Assembly (NCBI GenBank): GCA_048213135.1
Contig: PS015021.1
Coordinates: 85,618-141,127, forward strand
Source: Reclinomonas americana ATCC 50394
Taxonomy: Eukaryota
Reading direction: 5' to 3'
Length of the DNA: 55,510 bases
Under the pieces are notes generated by a model that was given only the letters and a program-made list of their open reading frames with translations, had not been told where the DNA came from and did not search any database. Made by a program: the position numbers and the translations under genes. Below are positions 1 to 12,560 of this stretch, one piece after another. How positions within the stretch are numbered: the stretch's first letter is position 1; each line of letters opens with the position of its first letter.

Positions 1-320
1 ATTTTTGCACGTTCCGTTGCCCGAGCACGTCGTGCCGGCCACACAGTTCACATTGCACGATGCGCCATAAAAGTTGTTGTTGCACTGGCACGTACCGTCA
101 GTCTTGCACGTTCCGTTGCCAGAGCACGTGATGCTGGGACTGCAGTTGCAGCTGGCATTGGTGTAGTCGCCCGTGCACTGGCATGTACCGTCAGCCTTGC
201 ACGTTCCATTGCCAGAGCACGTGACGGTGGGACTGCAGTTGCAGCTGGCATTGGTGTAGTCGCCAGTGCACAGACAAGTGCCGTCAGTCTTGCATGTACC
301 GTGGCCAGAGCACGTGGTGG
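1..320 (-). repeat. Coding tandem repeat of about 90 bp (30 aa), about 3.5 copies, encoding EGF-like units
   Basis: The unit 'TCSGNGTCKxDGTCxCTGDYTNASCNC' recurs with near-identical DNA. Confidence 0.85.
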
Positions 321-2295
321 TCGGGTTACACGCAGGCACACACAGGCCAGAATCGCCGCAGCTACCAGAGCAGCAGTCTCCCCCACTGGAACATCCAGCA
401 CCAATCGCCGAACACCCGCACCGCGCCACGCCATACGCTTCAAAGCACTCACTACCCTCGGCACACTGGGCAATGATCTGGGTGGTGCCATAGGCACAGG
501 TCAGCACCGCACGTCGGTTCAGTGAGCACGTCGTGGTACCGTCGGGCAGCGAGCACACGCCGCAGTAGGAGCCGCTGTAGCCGGCAGGGCATGAGATCGG
601 TGCGCCTTGCGCCGCACGACCAATCGCCACCCACGTCACGTATTCAACGTCAGACGCGTCGGCCCCACTGGCACTGTACGCGATCGCCGTCACGTTGTCT
701 TCGTTGCCGAGGCGCTTGGTGGTGAACTGCAGCGACTGCAGATCGATGCGGTTCTGCACAACGACTGCCGTCGACTTCCACCCACGCAGGAACAGCTGCA
801 CGCTGATGGTGGCACGCAGTAGGCCATTCGGTGTCGACGCTGTCACCAGGCTGACTGTCTGAGTCGTCGTGCTGCTGGTGTGTGTTGTCTCTGCACCACG
901 CGCAACAGTCAGACAAAAGAGCGAACATCAAGGAAAAGGATGTGAACGCACCTCCCGACAGCATGACAAATCCGCTGTTGTTGGTGTTGTCGGGCCGCGT
1001 CGGTGCCACAGCAAAGCGTGCAGACACCGCATCCATGCGCGAGTCGCCGCTCACCGTGCCCTTCAGCGCGAAGCTGGAGCGCGAGGCTGAGCTGCTCGTC
1101 ACCGAAAAATTGTCGCCGCGCACGCGCCCATCGCTCCCCGTAGCCGACTGGCGCATCGACAACACACCGATGACGGCCACTGGAACGGCAGGCACCGACG
1201 CAAACTGATACGCAGACGAAACGCTTACCAACTGTGCTCAAGTGGAAGACAGAAAGTAAGTTTTTTTGAGGGGCAGGCGAAAGAGGCGAGGGCTCAAACA
1301 AAAACCACGCAACAGCAGAGCTGTTCTTGTTCACCGCATCCGACGACCACGCCTTGTTTGCCAACGTGCGCTGACCGTCCATCGACAGAGCATTCGTTTG
1401 ATGCACATAGTACGCCAGGTAGCCTGCATGCGGAGGGAAGACGATTAGCCACGCTTCTTTCCCATCGCACAGCTCCGGCGAACGCAACTCAGCGTGATGG
1501 TGGGCCCCTGCTGGCCGTCCGCCGACACGCCATAGCATCGAGTCGACAGCTGCGCCACGGTCACCACCGGCGCCGCACAGAATGCAAACGTGCCATCAGT
1601 CGGCTCGTTGGCCATAGTGGAAATGCTTTCGTTGGGCTGGCTGCCGACGCTGGTGAAGCCGAGCAACACGCGCGGGCGGCGGTAGAACTCGCGAGCGAAT
1701 GTGAACTGGATCGTGGTTGCCGTCACCGCCAGCGTCGACATGCTTGGCTTTGTGGTGGTATCGCCAGTGGTCAACGGAGTTGATGTGGGCGTCGGGTCAC
1801 TCGCACTGAGGCCACCGGCTGTCATGAACCCGGAGGTGAACGACTCCTCCGCCGACGCGTACGGTCCGTTGTTGGCCGCCACACACAGCTTGTAGGCACC
1901 GCCGCCACTCGACCCATTCGGTGTGATGGTCGCCCTGAAAAGGCGACAGCCAGTTGCCGACTCACACGATTCGGCGCCACTGCGCACAAACACCGCACCC
2001 ACACTGCCCGTCAGCGTCGAGTAGTCCGACAGTGTGGCGCAATCGACGCCTGCTGGCACCAGCTTGAAACTCGTGCAGTCGGTGAGGTTGTAGGCCGAGG
2101 AAGCAATCACAATCGAGTTGGCGCTGCCGTACTTGAGCACGGGCGGATTGGCAGAGGAAACCACCGGCGTCGACGAGGCGGCGGTGACGACGAGCGGGAC
2201 TTGCTGCAGGCGGTACACGGTGGTGCCGCCGGCCTGGAACCTGATGGTGCGGAAGGGTGAGCGAAGGCGAGGGGGAGGGAAAGGGAGAAATGCGA

Positions 2296-2326
<31 letters not shown>

Positions 2327-3054
2327 GTCGCGCTACGACGACGAGTAGTAGTAGTACGAACCGACGACCAACTACGTTCGGCCGGTCCCGGTCCGAACGA
2401 AAACGAAACGACGACCGTACGGTACGAACGAGGTAGGTACGAAACNNNNNNNNNNNNNNNNNNNNNNNNNNNNNNNNNNNNNNNNNNNNNNNNNNNNNNN
2501 NNNNNNNNNNNNNNNNNNNNNNNNNNNNNNNNNNNNNNNNNNNNNNNNNNNNNNNNNNNNNNNNNNNNNNNNNNNNNNNNNNNNNNNNNNNNNNNNNNNN
2601 NNNNNNNNNNNNNNNNNNNNNNNNNNNNNNNNNNNNNNNNNNNNNNNNNNNNNNNNNNNNNNNNNNNNNNNNNNNNNNNNNNNNNNNNNNNNNNNNNNNN
2701 NNNNNNNNNNNNNNNNNNNNNNNNNNNNNNNNNNNNNNNNNNNNNNNNNNNNNNNNNNNNNNNNNNNNNNNNNNNNNNNNNNNNNNNNNNNNNNNNNNNN
2801 NNNNNNNNNNNNNNNNNNNNNNNNNNNNNNNNNNNNNNNNNNNNNNNNNNNNNNNNNNNNNNNNNNNNNNNNNNNNNNNNNNNNNNNNNNNNNNNNNNNN
2901 NNNNNNNNNNNNNNNNNNNNNNNNNNNNNNNNNNNNNNNNNNNNNNNACGTCGTCGACGGCGGACGACGGTACGGTCGGCCGGCCGGCCGACGGACGTAC
3001 GAGTGGTGGGGAGGGTAGGAGGAGGAGGACGGAGGGAGGGAAGGAAGAAGAGAG

Positions 3055-3092
<38 letters not shown>

Positions 3093-3897
3093 CAGCAGAT
3101 GATGACCAGCACACTTGCGCCGTCCGCAAGAAACAGCACGTGACAGAGGTGACAAGCATGCAGAGGCTTCCACAACACAGAACGCAATCTGTACCGTCCC
3201 TTTCGTTCTCTCTCCCGCACATCAACGCAACTTGCCACACAGATAGTACACGCCCGGCGTGACCAACGAGCACGAGCCGGCGGCCGTCACACCCAGAGCG
3301 CCCTGCGCGAACGATGCGCCAGTGGCCACCGAGAACACAGTGTAGAGACCAGATGGATCACTGGTCTGCAGAGTGACGCTCGAATTTGGTGCCGCCGACC
3401 CGCTGCAATCGGCGGCCGCGTACAGGCCAAACACGCCACCGGCACCCAGCTGGCGATTTGCAAAGTGCTGGCCAGCCACCGTCAGGCGAAAGTCGGCGAG
3501 ACCATTCACCAACAGTGGCATCTTGCTCAATCCAATGGCGTCTTTGAGGTGGGCAGGGACGATCAGGAGGGGGTGATGAAGACTGCGGGCGAGGGAGGAT
3601 GCACGCAACAGACAAAGACAGTGGCCGCAAACTCGTTGTGTGCGGCCGTACCAGCACCGTCCACGTCGATGCACAGATAGCGCTCACCACCATCGGCGTC
3701 TCCAGATGCGTTGAAGGTGAGCGAGGCAGCGGAGTTGGAGTTGACGACAGTGGTCGGCGACACGCCAGTGCACGAGCGGTCGAGGAAGAGAGTGGCGGTG
3801 GAGGCAGTCGACCAGACAATCGACGAGTTTGTGACATTGATGTCGACGATCTGGCCAGCGGTGCCGGCCTTGATGGCAAAGTTGCTCGGAGAGATGG
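1..3897 (-). CDS. Large extracellular protein with about three H-type-lectin-like domains followed by Cys-rich EGF (tenascin-type) repeats; spliced, partial at both ends
   Basis: Inferred exons are about 3897-3610, 3542-3232, 2240-1489, 1423-1314, 1231-952 and 890-<1; they join in frame at GT-AG introns. Segments such as 'FTFAREFYRRPRVLLGFTSV' and '...YVTWVAIG' resemble H-type lectin. The terminal CSGNGTCKxDGTCxC repeats are EGF-like. Confidence 0.75.
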
Positions 3898-3932
3898 CTG
3901 AAAAGAGGAAACAAAATTTGCGCGGAAATAAT

Positions 3933-3987
<55 letters not shown>

Positions 3988-4031
3988 GAGGGAGGGAGGG
4001 AGGGAGGTAGGNNNNNNNNNNNNNNNNNNNN

Positions 4032-4094
<63 letters not shown>

Positions 4095-4095
4095 G

Positions 4096-4130
<35 letters not shown>

Positions 4131-4753
4131 CTCCTCTCTCTCTCTCTCTCTCTCTCTCTCCCCTCTCAGTGAGTTGTTCCTTTTACTCATTGTATCAGTG
4201 AGTGATGCACTGACGTCTCTCTCTGCCTCCCCCCTCCCTTCCCTTTCTCTGTGTGTCTCTTCTCTGTGTGTTTGTGCCTTTTCCGTGCACGAATCATGCA
4301 TATCAGTATGTTTTTTCATCGTTTTTTCCATTGGCTTGCATGTCATGTGAAGAGTCAAAGTAACACTTAGTGTGTGACGAAAAGCCTTCCTTTTTGTGAC
4401 TTGCGCTCGTCTTTTGTACGCTTTTCTGCTGGCAATCCTTTGTATGAGTGAGAAACTCGCTCACTTTCTGCATCCTGTATGTGAGACCTGCGAAAGTCGT
4501 TCCTCTGTGCTCAGCTTGCTCTTCTTCAAGCCCTTTGCACTCCTGGTTTTCTTGTGAGAGACTCTTTGGGCCTTCTCCACGTGGGTTGTCAGAATGCGCA
4601 CGTGTCTCTGCAGAGTTGTTCCTTCGCGATTCCACCTCTTGTCTCTCACCATCTTTGCCATTTCCGTGACCTTGGTATCCCACGTGCTTGTTGAGAGTCA
4701 AAAACACACATCCTTTCGCTCTATTTGCTCATTCGCGTGATTCGCGTACACAG

Positions 4754-7700
4754 AGAGCGTGGAGAATTCGCTGAGTCGACCGGAGCTCGGCTTGCGGGTG
4801 ACGACAATGAATAATGCGACAGGGCGGCAAATGCTGCAGGCGGTCGACAACTTTTTGCGTGGTGTGGTCGACGGAGAGTTGGTGGTGTTTTACTATGCCG
4901 GGCATGCCTGCGTTGTTGCGTAATGTGTGGAGATATCAAGAACGAAACCTTTCTTCTCTTATCTTCTCACTCCCCCTCCTTTCTCTTCGCAGATCCGCCG
5001 CAACATTTTCCTGGTCCCCATCGATGCCGAAGTTGCGTGCACGCAAGCATTCTCATCCACCCCAGTCTGCATCCCTCTCATCCCCCACCATATGCAGGCC
5101 GGCACCGAGATTGCCATTCGCTCGGCGTGTGTGAGACTTGAGACCATCATGGACAAGATGTCTCAGGCGGCACCCAACAGCCCTGTCCTCATTTTCCTGG
5201 ACGCCTGCTACCCGAAGCCATTTACTTTCTTGCCAAAGAGGTTTGTTGGTTTCTCGCTCTCTTCCGTCTTTCCCCTCTGTTTTTCCCCCTTTCGCTCNNN
5301 NNNNNNNNNNNNNNNNNNNNNNNNNNNNNNNNNNNNNNNNNNNNNNNNNNNNNNNNNNNNNNNNNNNNNNNNNNNNNNNNNNNNNNNNNNNNNNNNNNNN
5401 NNNNNNNNNNNNNNNNNNNNNNNNNNNNNNNNNNNNNNNNNNNNNNNNNNNNNNNNNNNNNNNNNNNNNNNNNNNNNNNNNNNNNNNNNNNNNNNNNNNN
5501 NNNNNNNNNNNNNNNNNNNNNNNNNNNNNNNNNNNNNNNNNNNNNNNNNNNNNNNNNNNNNNNNNNNNNNNNNNNNNNNNNNNNNNNNNNNNNNNNNNNN
5601 NNNNNNNNNNNNNNNNNNNNNNNNNNNNNNNNNNNNNNNNNNNNNNNNNNNNNNNNNNNNNNNNNNNNNNNNNNNNNNNNNNNNNNNNNNNNNNNNNNNN
5701 NNNNNNNNNNNNNNNNNNNNNNNNNNNNNNNNNNNNNNNNNNNNNNNNNNNNNNNNNNNNNNNNNNNNNNNNNNNNNNNNNNNNNNNNNNNNNNNNNNNN
5801 NNNNNNNNNNNNNNNNNNNNNNNNNNNNNNNNNNNNNNNNNNNNNNNNNNNNNNNNNNNNNNNNNNNNNNNNNNNNNNNNNNNNNNNNNNNNNNNNNNNN
5901 NNNNNNNNNNNNNNNNNNNNNNNNNNNNNNNNNNNNNNNNNNNNNNNNNNNNNNNNNNCCGTCCTTCGCCTTCCTCCTTTTTCCTCTCCCCTTTCGCCTC
6001 CCCCCTTTCCTCTTCCCCCTTTACCCCCTTTCGCTTCCCCCTTACTCCTCTTCCCCCCCCCCTCCGCTTCTCCCCCCTCTCCCCCTCCCCCCTCTCCCCC
6101 TCACCTCACTCTTCCCCCTTTGCGCAGCGGCCTGGTCGCCGTGCGCTGCCCGCGCAACTACATGATCTCGTACGCGGCCGCTCCCGGCGACGAGATCCAC
6201 CGCATGGATCCCGCCGACCCGAGCATCTATTCCATGGCGCTCGCACGTCACTCTCTCGTGTCGTGCGAGCTGCCGGTCGACCGCATGATGCGCAACGTGG
6301 TCGACAACGTAATGGAGGAGTCGGACGGGCAGCAGATTCCGGTTCGTGCGATTCTTTCTTTCTCCGCATTGACAGGTTTCTTTCGCGCTCACCCTCGTCA
6401 CAGTGGGTGGTCTGCAACATTGCCGAGGATGTCAAGTTGAGATACGACGGCGTGCCGCTGCACACACAACGTGAGTCTTTTCTGTGCACAGCTTCTCTCC
6501 AGTCTTTGTTCCTCACTCTCCCCCCTTCTCGATCACAGCGGCACCACCACGCGAGCTGGAGCCGTGGGAGAAGCTGTACCGGTCGGCGGAGAAAATGTTT
6601 GACCGTGGCAGATATGACAAGGCCGCCGGCCTGTACACTGCCGTGCTCGAAATCCGCCCGCAACACGTGCCCTCGTTGGCACAACGCGCACAGATTCGCA
6701 ACTGGGAGACGTCATTTTCCGATGCGCTGAAGGTGCGGCACCCACTGTACCGAGCTTGCCTTATCGCCTTTCCTGTTCTCATGTCTTCGACAGGACTCGG
6801 AGTCCGCCATTGAGCTCGACGGCGACTGCTCCCTGGCGTGGGTGGCCAAGGGCACGGCACTGCGTGGCCTGGGACGACCCGAGTTACGCCGCGCCCTCAC
6901 ATTCATTCATTCGCCCTTTGTTGTCTGTCTCCCACTCACTCCCTTCCTCCGCCACCACCACCACCAGAGAATCGCTCTCGGCTTTTGATCGCGCACTCCT
7001 GCTCAATCCACGCCACGTCCTCGGTCTCAACTCGCGCGGCATGCTGCTGGCCGAGATGGGCCGGCCCGACGAAGCGCTGCAAGACTTTACGCGCGCCATC
7101 CAGACCGACGCCAAGTTTGTGGACTCGTTCAACAACCGCGCCGTGCTGCACCGCATCATGGGCAACACGGATCTGGCGCTGCAGGATTTCACTACGGCCA
7201 TCAATCTCGACCCGAAGCAGCCGATGCCTCACATTAATCGCGGTATGCTGCACCGTCAGCTCGGCAGGGACGACGAGGCCATGGAGGACTTCGACGCGGC
7301 GGTGGAGGCCGACCCGAAGTGTGCCGATGCCTACAATTGCCGCGGCACGCTGTTTGAGGCGCAGGGCATGCATCAGGAGGCGCTGGCCGATTTCTCCAAC
7401 TGCATCACCCTCAACCCGCGTCACGCTCACGCCTACAACAATCGCGGCAACGTGCACGACAACATGGGCTCACTCGACATGGCGCTGCTCGACTACACGC
7501 GGGCCATTGATCTGGACGGAACGTGCCCGGCGTTCTACAGAAATCGCGGCGATTTGCGTGTGCGAATGGGCGAGAAGCGCAAGGCGGCGCGTGATTTCAA
7601 GGTGTGTGGCGAGAGAGAAGGAGAGAATGATTGGAAGAGGGTTGCTCACATTTTTCTGCACCACACAGCGCGCGGAGATTTTGGAGCGCTCGGACGACCC

Positions 7701-8445
7701 CGATGCCACCTCGCAAGACGAAGACGTGGTGCACGAGAGCGACGTGACGGTCGACGTGAGCAACTCGAGCAACACGAGTGCCAGCTCGATGCTGACGGCA
7801 CCGCGCGGCTCGAGCAGCAGCGGCAGTCGGGGAAGCGTGTCACCACGCCGACCACGCGTGCTCGAGACGAGTGTGCTGATTGAGAACAAGCGCGCACCTT
7901 CGAACGGCAGCGGTGATCGCACGCCACGGCGACGCGCCGAGCACAGTCCGCGACGCGCGTACGGCTCCGATGACGAGTCGCAGAGCGAGGAGAGCTCGGC
8001 ACCGCGACAGCGCTCCCTGCCGACGCTGCACTCGCCGAACGGCAAGAGCAGCAGCTCCCCGAAGAGTGCTCCGTCGCCGGCCAACAACGTGGCCGCTCGC
8101 ATCGAGGCCGCACGTCTCGAAGAGGAGCGCCAGAATCGCGCACGGCAGCAACAGCAGCAGCAGCAGCAGCAAGCACGTCCGCGAACGGCAGACGGGCCAC
8201 CGATGCCGTTTAATCTCGGTAGCCGCCAAGGCTCGCGCGCGACCTCCCCGATGGGACCCGTTGCGGCGGCCTTCTCCGCCAGCAACTCGCGCATGTCGTC
8301 GCCTCTGCCGGCGCAGGGCTCGTTCAAGACGAGCAGCAGCATGAATGGTGGTGGCATGCCGCGTCCGGCCAGTGGGCCAGTGGGCAGCAGCGCACAGCCG
8401 ACGCCCACAGCATCGGCCAGCAACACTCCTCGGCGGCACCGATAG
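4754..8445 (+). CDS. Caspase-like (peptidase C14) domain plus about 9-10 TPR repeats and a Ser/Gln-rich disordered tail; 5' end not resolved
   Basis: The spliced frame gives VVFYYAGHA (His, about 4891-4908), IFLVPIDA, LIFLDACY (Cys, about 5200-5210) and MISYAAAPG...QQIPW, then TPRs with repeated 'NNRG/A...ALxDF..AI.L.P' (6540-7600). Stop TAG ends at 8445. Confidence 0.85.
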
Positions 8446-8666
8446 CCGCTGGGAATAGTAGTAGTTAAAGAAAAATGAGAGAGACTGAGAGAAAAAGTAG
8501 ACGCGGAATAACAAACATTTTTGGTTTATATTTCTTGTGATTCACGTGTTGACGTGCAGTTATTGATTGAACAGGGGAGAGGGGGGCATGTGGAGAAGGA
8601 GAAGGCAAGTTACTCTTACACAAAACAAGAGGGAATTATACATGGAGAGACAAACGTGCGCGCGGC

Positions 8667-11450
8667 TCACTCGCTCACGAGCATGTCTCCATCGCCCATG
8701 GACAAGTGGCGCACACGCGTCTCGTACTCGCGCGTCTGCATGGCTAGCTGCATGCGGTACTCCTCGAGGCTGCGATTTTGTTGTTCCACCTGTAAGAGGG
8801 GGAGGGGGGTTAGAAAGGAGAAGGGGAGAAGGAGAAGGGGGAAGGGAGAGGGAAAAGGGGAGGAAGAAGGGGAGGGGGAAGTGAAGGGGAAGGAACAGGG
8901 GGAGGAGGAGGGGAAAAAACAGGGGGAAGACGAAGAGGAAAGACGAAGGGGGGAACGCAAAGGTAGGGAAGACGTAGGGGAGAAGGAGAGGGGGGAAGGC
9001 GAAGGAAGGCGAAGGGGGAAAGCAAAGGGGGGAAGACGAAGAGGAAAGACGAAGGGGGGAAAGACGAAGGGGGAAGACGAAGGGGAGAAGGAGAGGGGGG
9101 AAGGGACAGGGGGGAGGAGAAGGGGGATGAGAAGGGGGAAAGGTGAGGGAACGAGAAACGTAGAAGAAATGGGGGGGAACAGAGTAACATAATGACGAAC
9201 AAGCACGAGAAACAAGAGGCGACGCCAAGATAATGAACAAGAAGAAGATTGACGACGAGGGCGACAATGTCGAAAGTCGGAAAGGATAAACGGGAGGAAG
9301 AACAGAGGAAGACAAGGACGGAGGAATTATGACGACGCTGAAGAAGTGACAATGAAAGAGAACAGAAGAGGACAAGATAAAGAAGTAAACGAGTGGAACC
9401 GTCAACAAATCGAAAGCAGCTCTTCCAGCTTCTCTTCTCACTTCTCCTCTCCTCTCCATACGACGCAACAGCCAAGCGCAGTTGTTGTGACGGCGGAACA
9501 TACTGGCGACCCGAGAGCATGGTGATGAGCTGCATGAGATGCGACTCCTCGAGAACGGCGTAGTGCTCGACAAAGTCGCTGTATTCGCCGTCACCCATCT
9601 CCACGAAAATCTGAACACGAGGGGAGATGAGCACACAGATGAATGTGATGCGAGTCGAATACAAACACAAACGCACCTGCAAGCAGCCCAGCAGGACTTC
9701 GGGCAGTGGCTGCGGACATCTTAGGAGGTCCTCGATCACCGTGCACATAGCTTCGACGACCATGGGTTTCACCGGGTAGTAGACCAGGTCGCGGAAGGCG
9801 ACGGCGTCTGCGAGGGTCGGTTGGAGATGAGTGAACGTCGAGAGAGGAACGGGAGCGATAAAGAAGACCGCAGAAGCAAGAGAACAACGGGAGAAAAGGG
9901 AAACAAATCGCAGAGAGTACGCACACTCATGCTGTAATTGATCGACGCCGGGCCAGCCGATCTCCTGCACAACAACGATGCAAGATCAGTGTCCACACGG
10001 GCGGCGGCGGATAGCATGCACGCACACGCGCCACCACTCACCGCTGCCGCCGGTCGCATGCACTCACAGGCGAACATTGCCTGCCGAGTGAAAATGCCAA
10101 ACCAATCGACAAACTGCTGCATGGCCAGCGAGAACGAATCTCGGCGCAGGCTGTCCGGCGGCGACATGGATGACCACTTGTCGCGCGTAAGGGCCAGGCA
10201 GCGATCGGCCAGTGTGTCGAACATGTGCACCTGGCCGTCGGCGCCGCACTGCTCGCCAATGAGGGCGGCTGTCGAGTTGACCAGGCTGGAGAACAGGGAC
10301 GTGAGTCGGCATGCACTCAACACCATAGAGCGACACGGAATGGTAAAACGCAACGACACCACTTCCTCAATCTCCGCCTGCAGCGTTGCCGCCTCCGCTG
10401 CCGCAAAGATGCCCCAGTGCGGCGGCACCACCGACAGCACACGCTGGAACCGCATCCACACCCACTCCACATGCTCGGCCGGTCCCATGGGTCGCGGCGG
10501 CTCCACCACTCGCGGTGGCGTCAGCATGCGCTTCCCGCTGCTCCCGCTACTTCTTCTCCTGTGGTGGCCACTGCTGCCGGAGCCGCTGCCGCCGCTGCTG
10601 TTGCTGCCGCCAGTCGAGCGATGATGACGGTGGTGACCGGAGGACGAGCCCGGCACCTCGTACGCATGCGTCGGCGTCTCCTCCACCACCTCGTCGATGA
10701 ACGACGGCTGGAAGAAGAGATTGCCGGCACTGGGGCGCTTGGTGAACACCGGGTCGCCGTTGGCGTAGCGCTCGCCGGGGGTGGGGGCCTGGGGGATGGA
10801 AGAGGGGAAAGGGACACAAAGGAGTGAGAAGAAGAACAAAAGAGGAGACTGGAGAGGATACAGTATGGGAACAGTGAGCAGAGAAGCAGGAGAAAGACAA
10901 GAATGACAGTGGAGGAGGGGACGAGGCGGAAGAAGCCCATGAAAGCAGAACAAGCAGACCGCACGGAAATGAGAGAGGAGAGAAGAAGAAAAACAGCATG
11001 AGAAGAGTGAGCAGACAAGCAGGAGAAAGACAAGAACGACAGTGGAAGAGAGAGCAGAAGAACAGCGGAAGAAGCCCATGAAAGCGGAACAAGTAGCCCG
11101 CATAGAAATGAGCACAAGACCAACAGCAGAAGAGCAGGCGAAGAAAAGAGCAAGAAAACAGCATGAAACCGTGAGCAAACAGCAGACAAACAGACCGCAT
11201 GGAAATGAGAGAGGAGAGAAGAAGAAAAACAGCATGAAACCGTGAGCAAACAAGCAGACAAGCAGACCGCACGGAAATCAGCACAAGAACAGGAGCAACA
11301 GAAGAGCAGGCCAAGAAAAGCGCATGAAAACAGCATGAAAACAGCACAAGAACGGCAGCGGAAGAAAAGACGGAAAAGTCATGACATAAAGATGAGGAAA
11401 ACGGCAACCACGTCACACTCCGAGAAGAATCCACGCACACAGAGAACAAG

Positions 11451-11503
<53 letters not shown>

Positions 11504-12087
11504 CACACGCACACACAGAGAGAAGAGTCAGAGACATTGTGTGTGCGTGCCTCAGTGTGCACAAGAGAGAGAGAGAGAGAGAGAGAGCAAGACAGACAGT
11601 CAACAGAGTGCACAAGAAAGAGACAGTGAAAGAGAGAGCGTTGTTGCCAGACACCAATACACGCCCAATGAAAACCGAATCATGACTGCCTCCACACACA
11701 CACACACTCTCTCTCTCTCTCTTGCCTCACCTCCACTTCAACATAGAACCTCTTCTGTGCGGCCTTTGCTGCGGCCGCCACCGCCGCCGACGAAGCCAGC
11801 AACGAAGAAGAGACCAGTGACTTGTGCGATGACACGTGCGTGGTCTCTGAGGAGGCCAATGGAGCAAGCATGTGCGCTGCTCGCTCGTGCAAACGCGCGG
11901 CAATGTGTGTGGGCGCGAGAGGAGTCATGCCTCCTCCAGTGGCGGAAGAGGAGGAGGAGGAGGAAGTGTGAGTGGACCCCGAGGCCAGTGAGGAGAAGAC
12001 GTCGCCGGGACTGCTGAAGGGCGCGTTGGGCGAGGAGGGCGTCCCGGGGGAGTCCACCTCCAGCGTGAGCATGTGCTGGCGGAACAT
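8667..12087 (-). CDS. Protein with a disordered N-terminus and a degenerate cullin N-terminal-repeat-like region; no cullin C-terminal domain
   Basis: Seven exons join in frame. 'AFRDLVYYPVKPMVVEAMCTVIE...LLGCLQIFVEMGDGEY' resembles the CUL1 segment 'CFRDLVY...V..AVI.L...LLKNVLDIFVEIGMG', recalled from memory rather than aligned. Confidence 0.65.
10870..11345. repeat. Degenerate intronic minisatellite (units of roughly 80-140 bp)
   Basis: Recurrent blocks 'aaaacagcatgaaaccgtgagcaaac', 'cagaccgcacggaaatgagagaggagagaagaag' and 'ggaagaagcccatgaaagc'. Confidence 0.75.
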
Positions 12088-12317
12088 GATGATGTGAGTG
12101 TCGTGCGAATGTGAGGTGCCGAAGAGACAATTGATGAGTCAGTCGTGCGATGAGGTCCGCGAACGAGGCACATGCTGTGTCGTTGGTGGATGTACAAGAG
12201 GTGGATCGGAGCTGCGCCATATCCAGGTGCTACCGACGCAGATCGTTTGATGGATGCTCGTCGAGATTTCGATATCGATATCGGACATGTACATGTACAC
12301 TTGCAATTCATGATCAT

Positions 12318-12560
12318 GCTGCACGTGCTTCTTGCTTGTGCAAATGTGCGGCTATGCATGTAGGCGCGCGAGAGGAGTCGTGCCTCCTCCTCAGGTGGCG
12401 GAAGAGGAGAGGAAGAGGACGAGTGGGTGCTGGCGAGTGAGGAGAAGAGATCGCCGGGACTGCTGAAGGGTGCGATGGGCGAGGATGGCGTCCCGGGCGC
12501 TCGGGTCCACCTCCAGCGTGAGCATGTGCTGGTGGAAACATGTCGTGTGAATGTGAGGTG
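12318..12560 (-). pseudogene. Decayed partial duplicate of exon 1 and 5' flank of the cullin-like gene
   Basis: Matches about 11875-12120 (for example 'gtccacctccagcgtgagcatgtgctgg' and 'cgccgggactgctgaaggg') with substitutions and frameshifting indels. Confidence 0.8.

Noticed and set aside
4303-4707. Short ORFs between the surface-protein gene and the caspase-like gene
   Set aside because: No recognisable motif or consistent splice phase; the region is probably intronic or intergenic beside a scaffold gap.
1232-5097. GTTGCG introns as an introner family
   Set aside because: The intron bodies I compared share no similarity beyond the donor, and I saw no terminal repeats.
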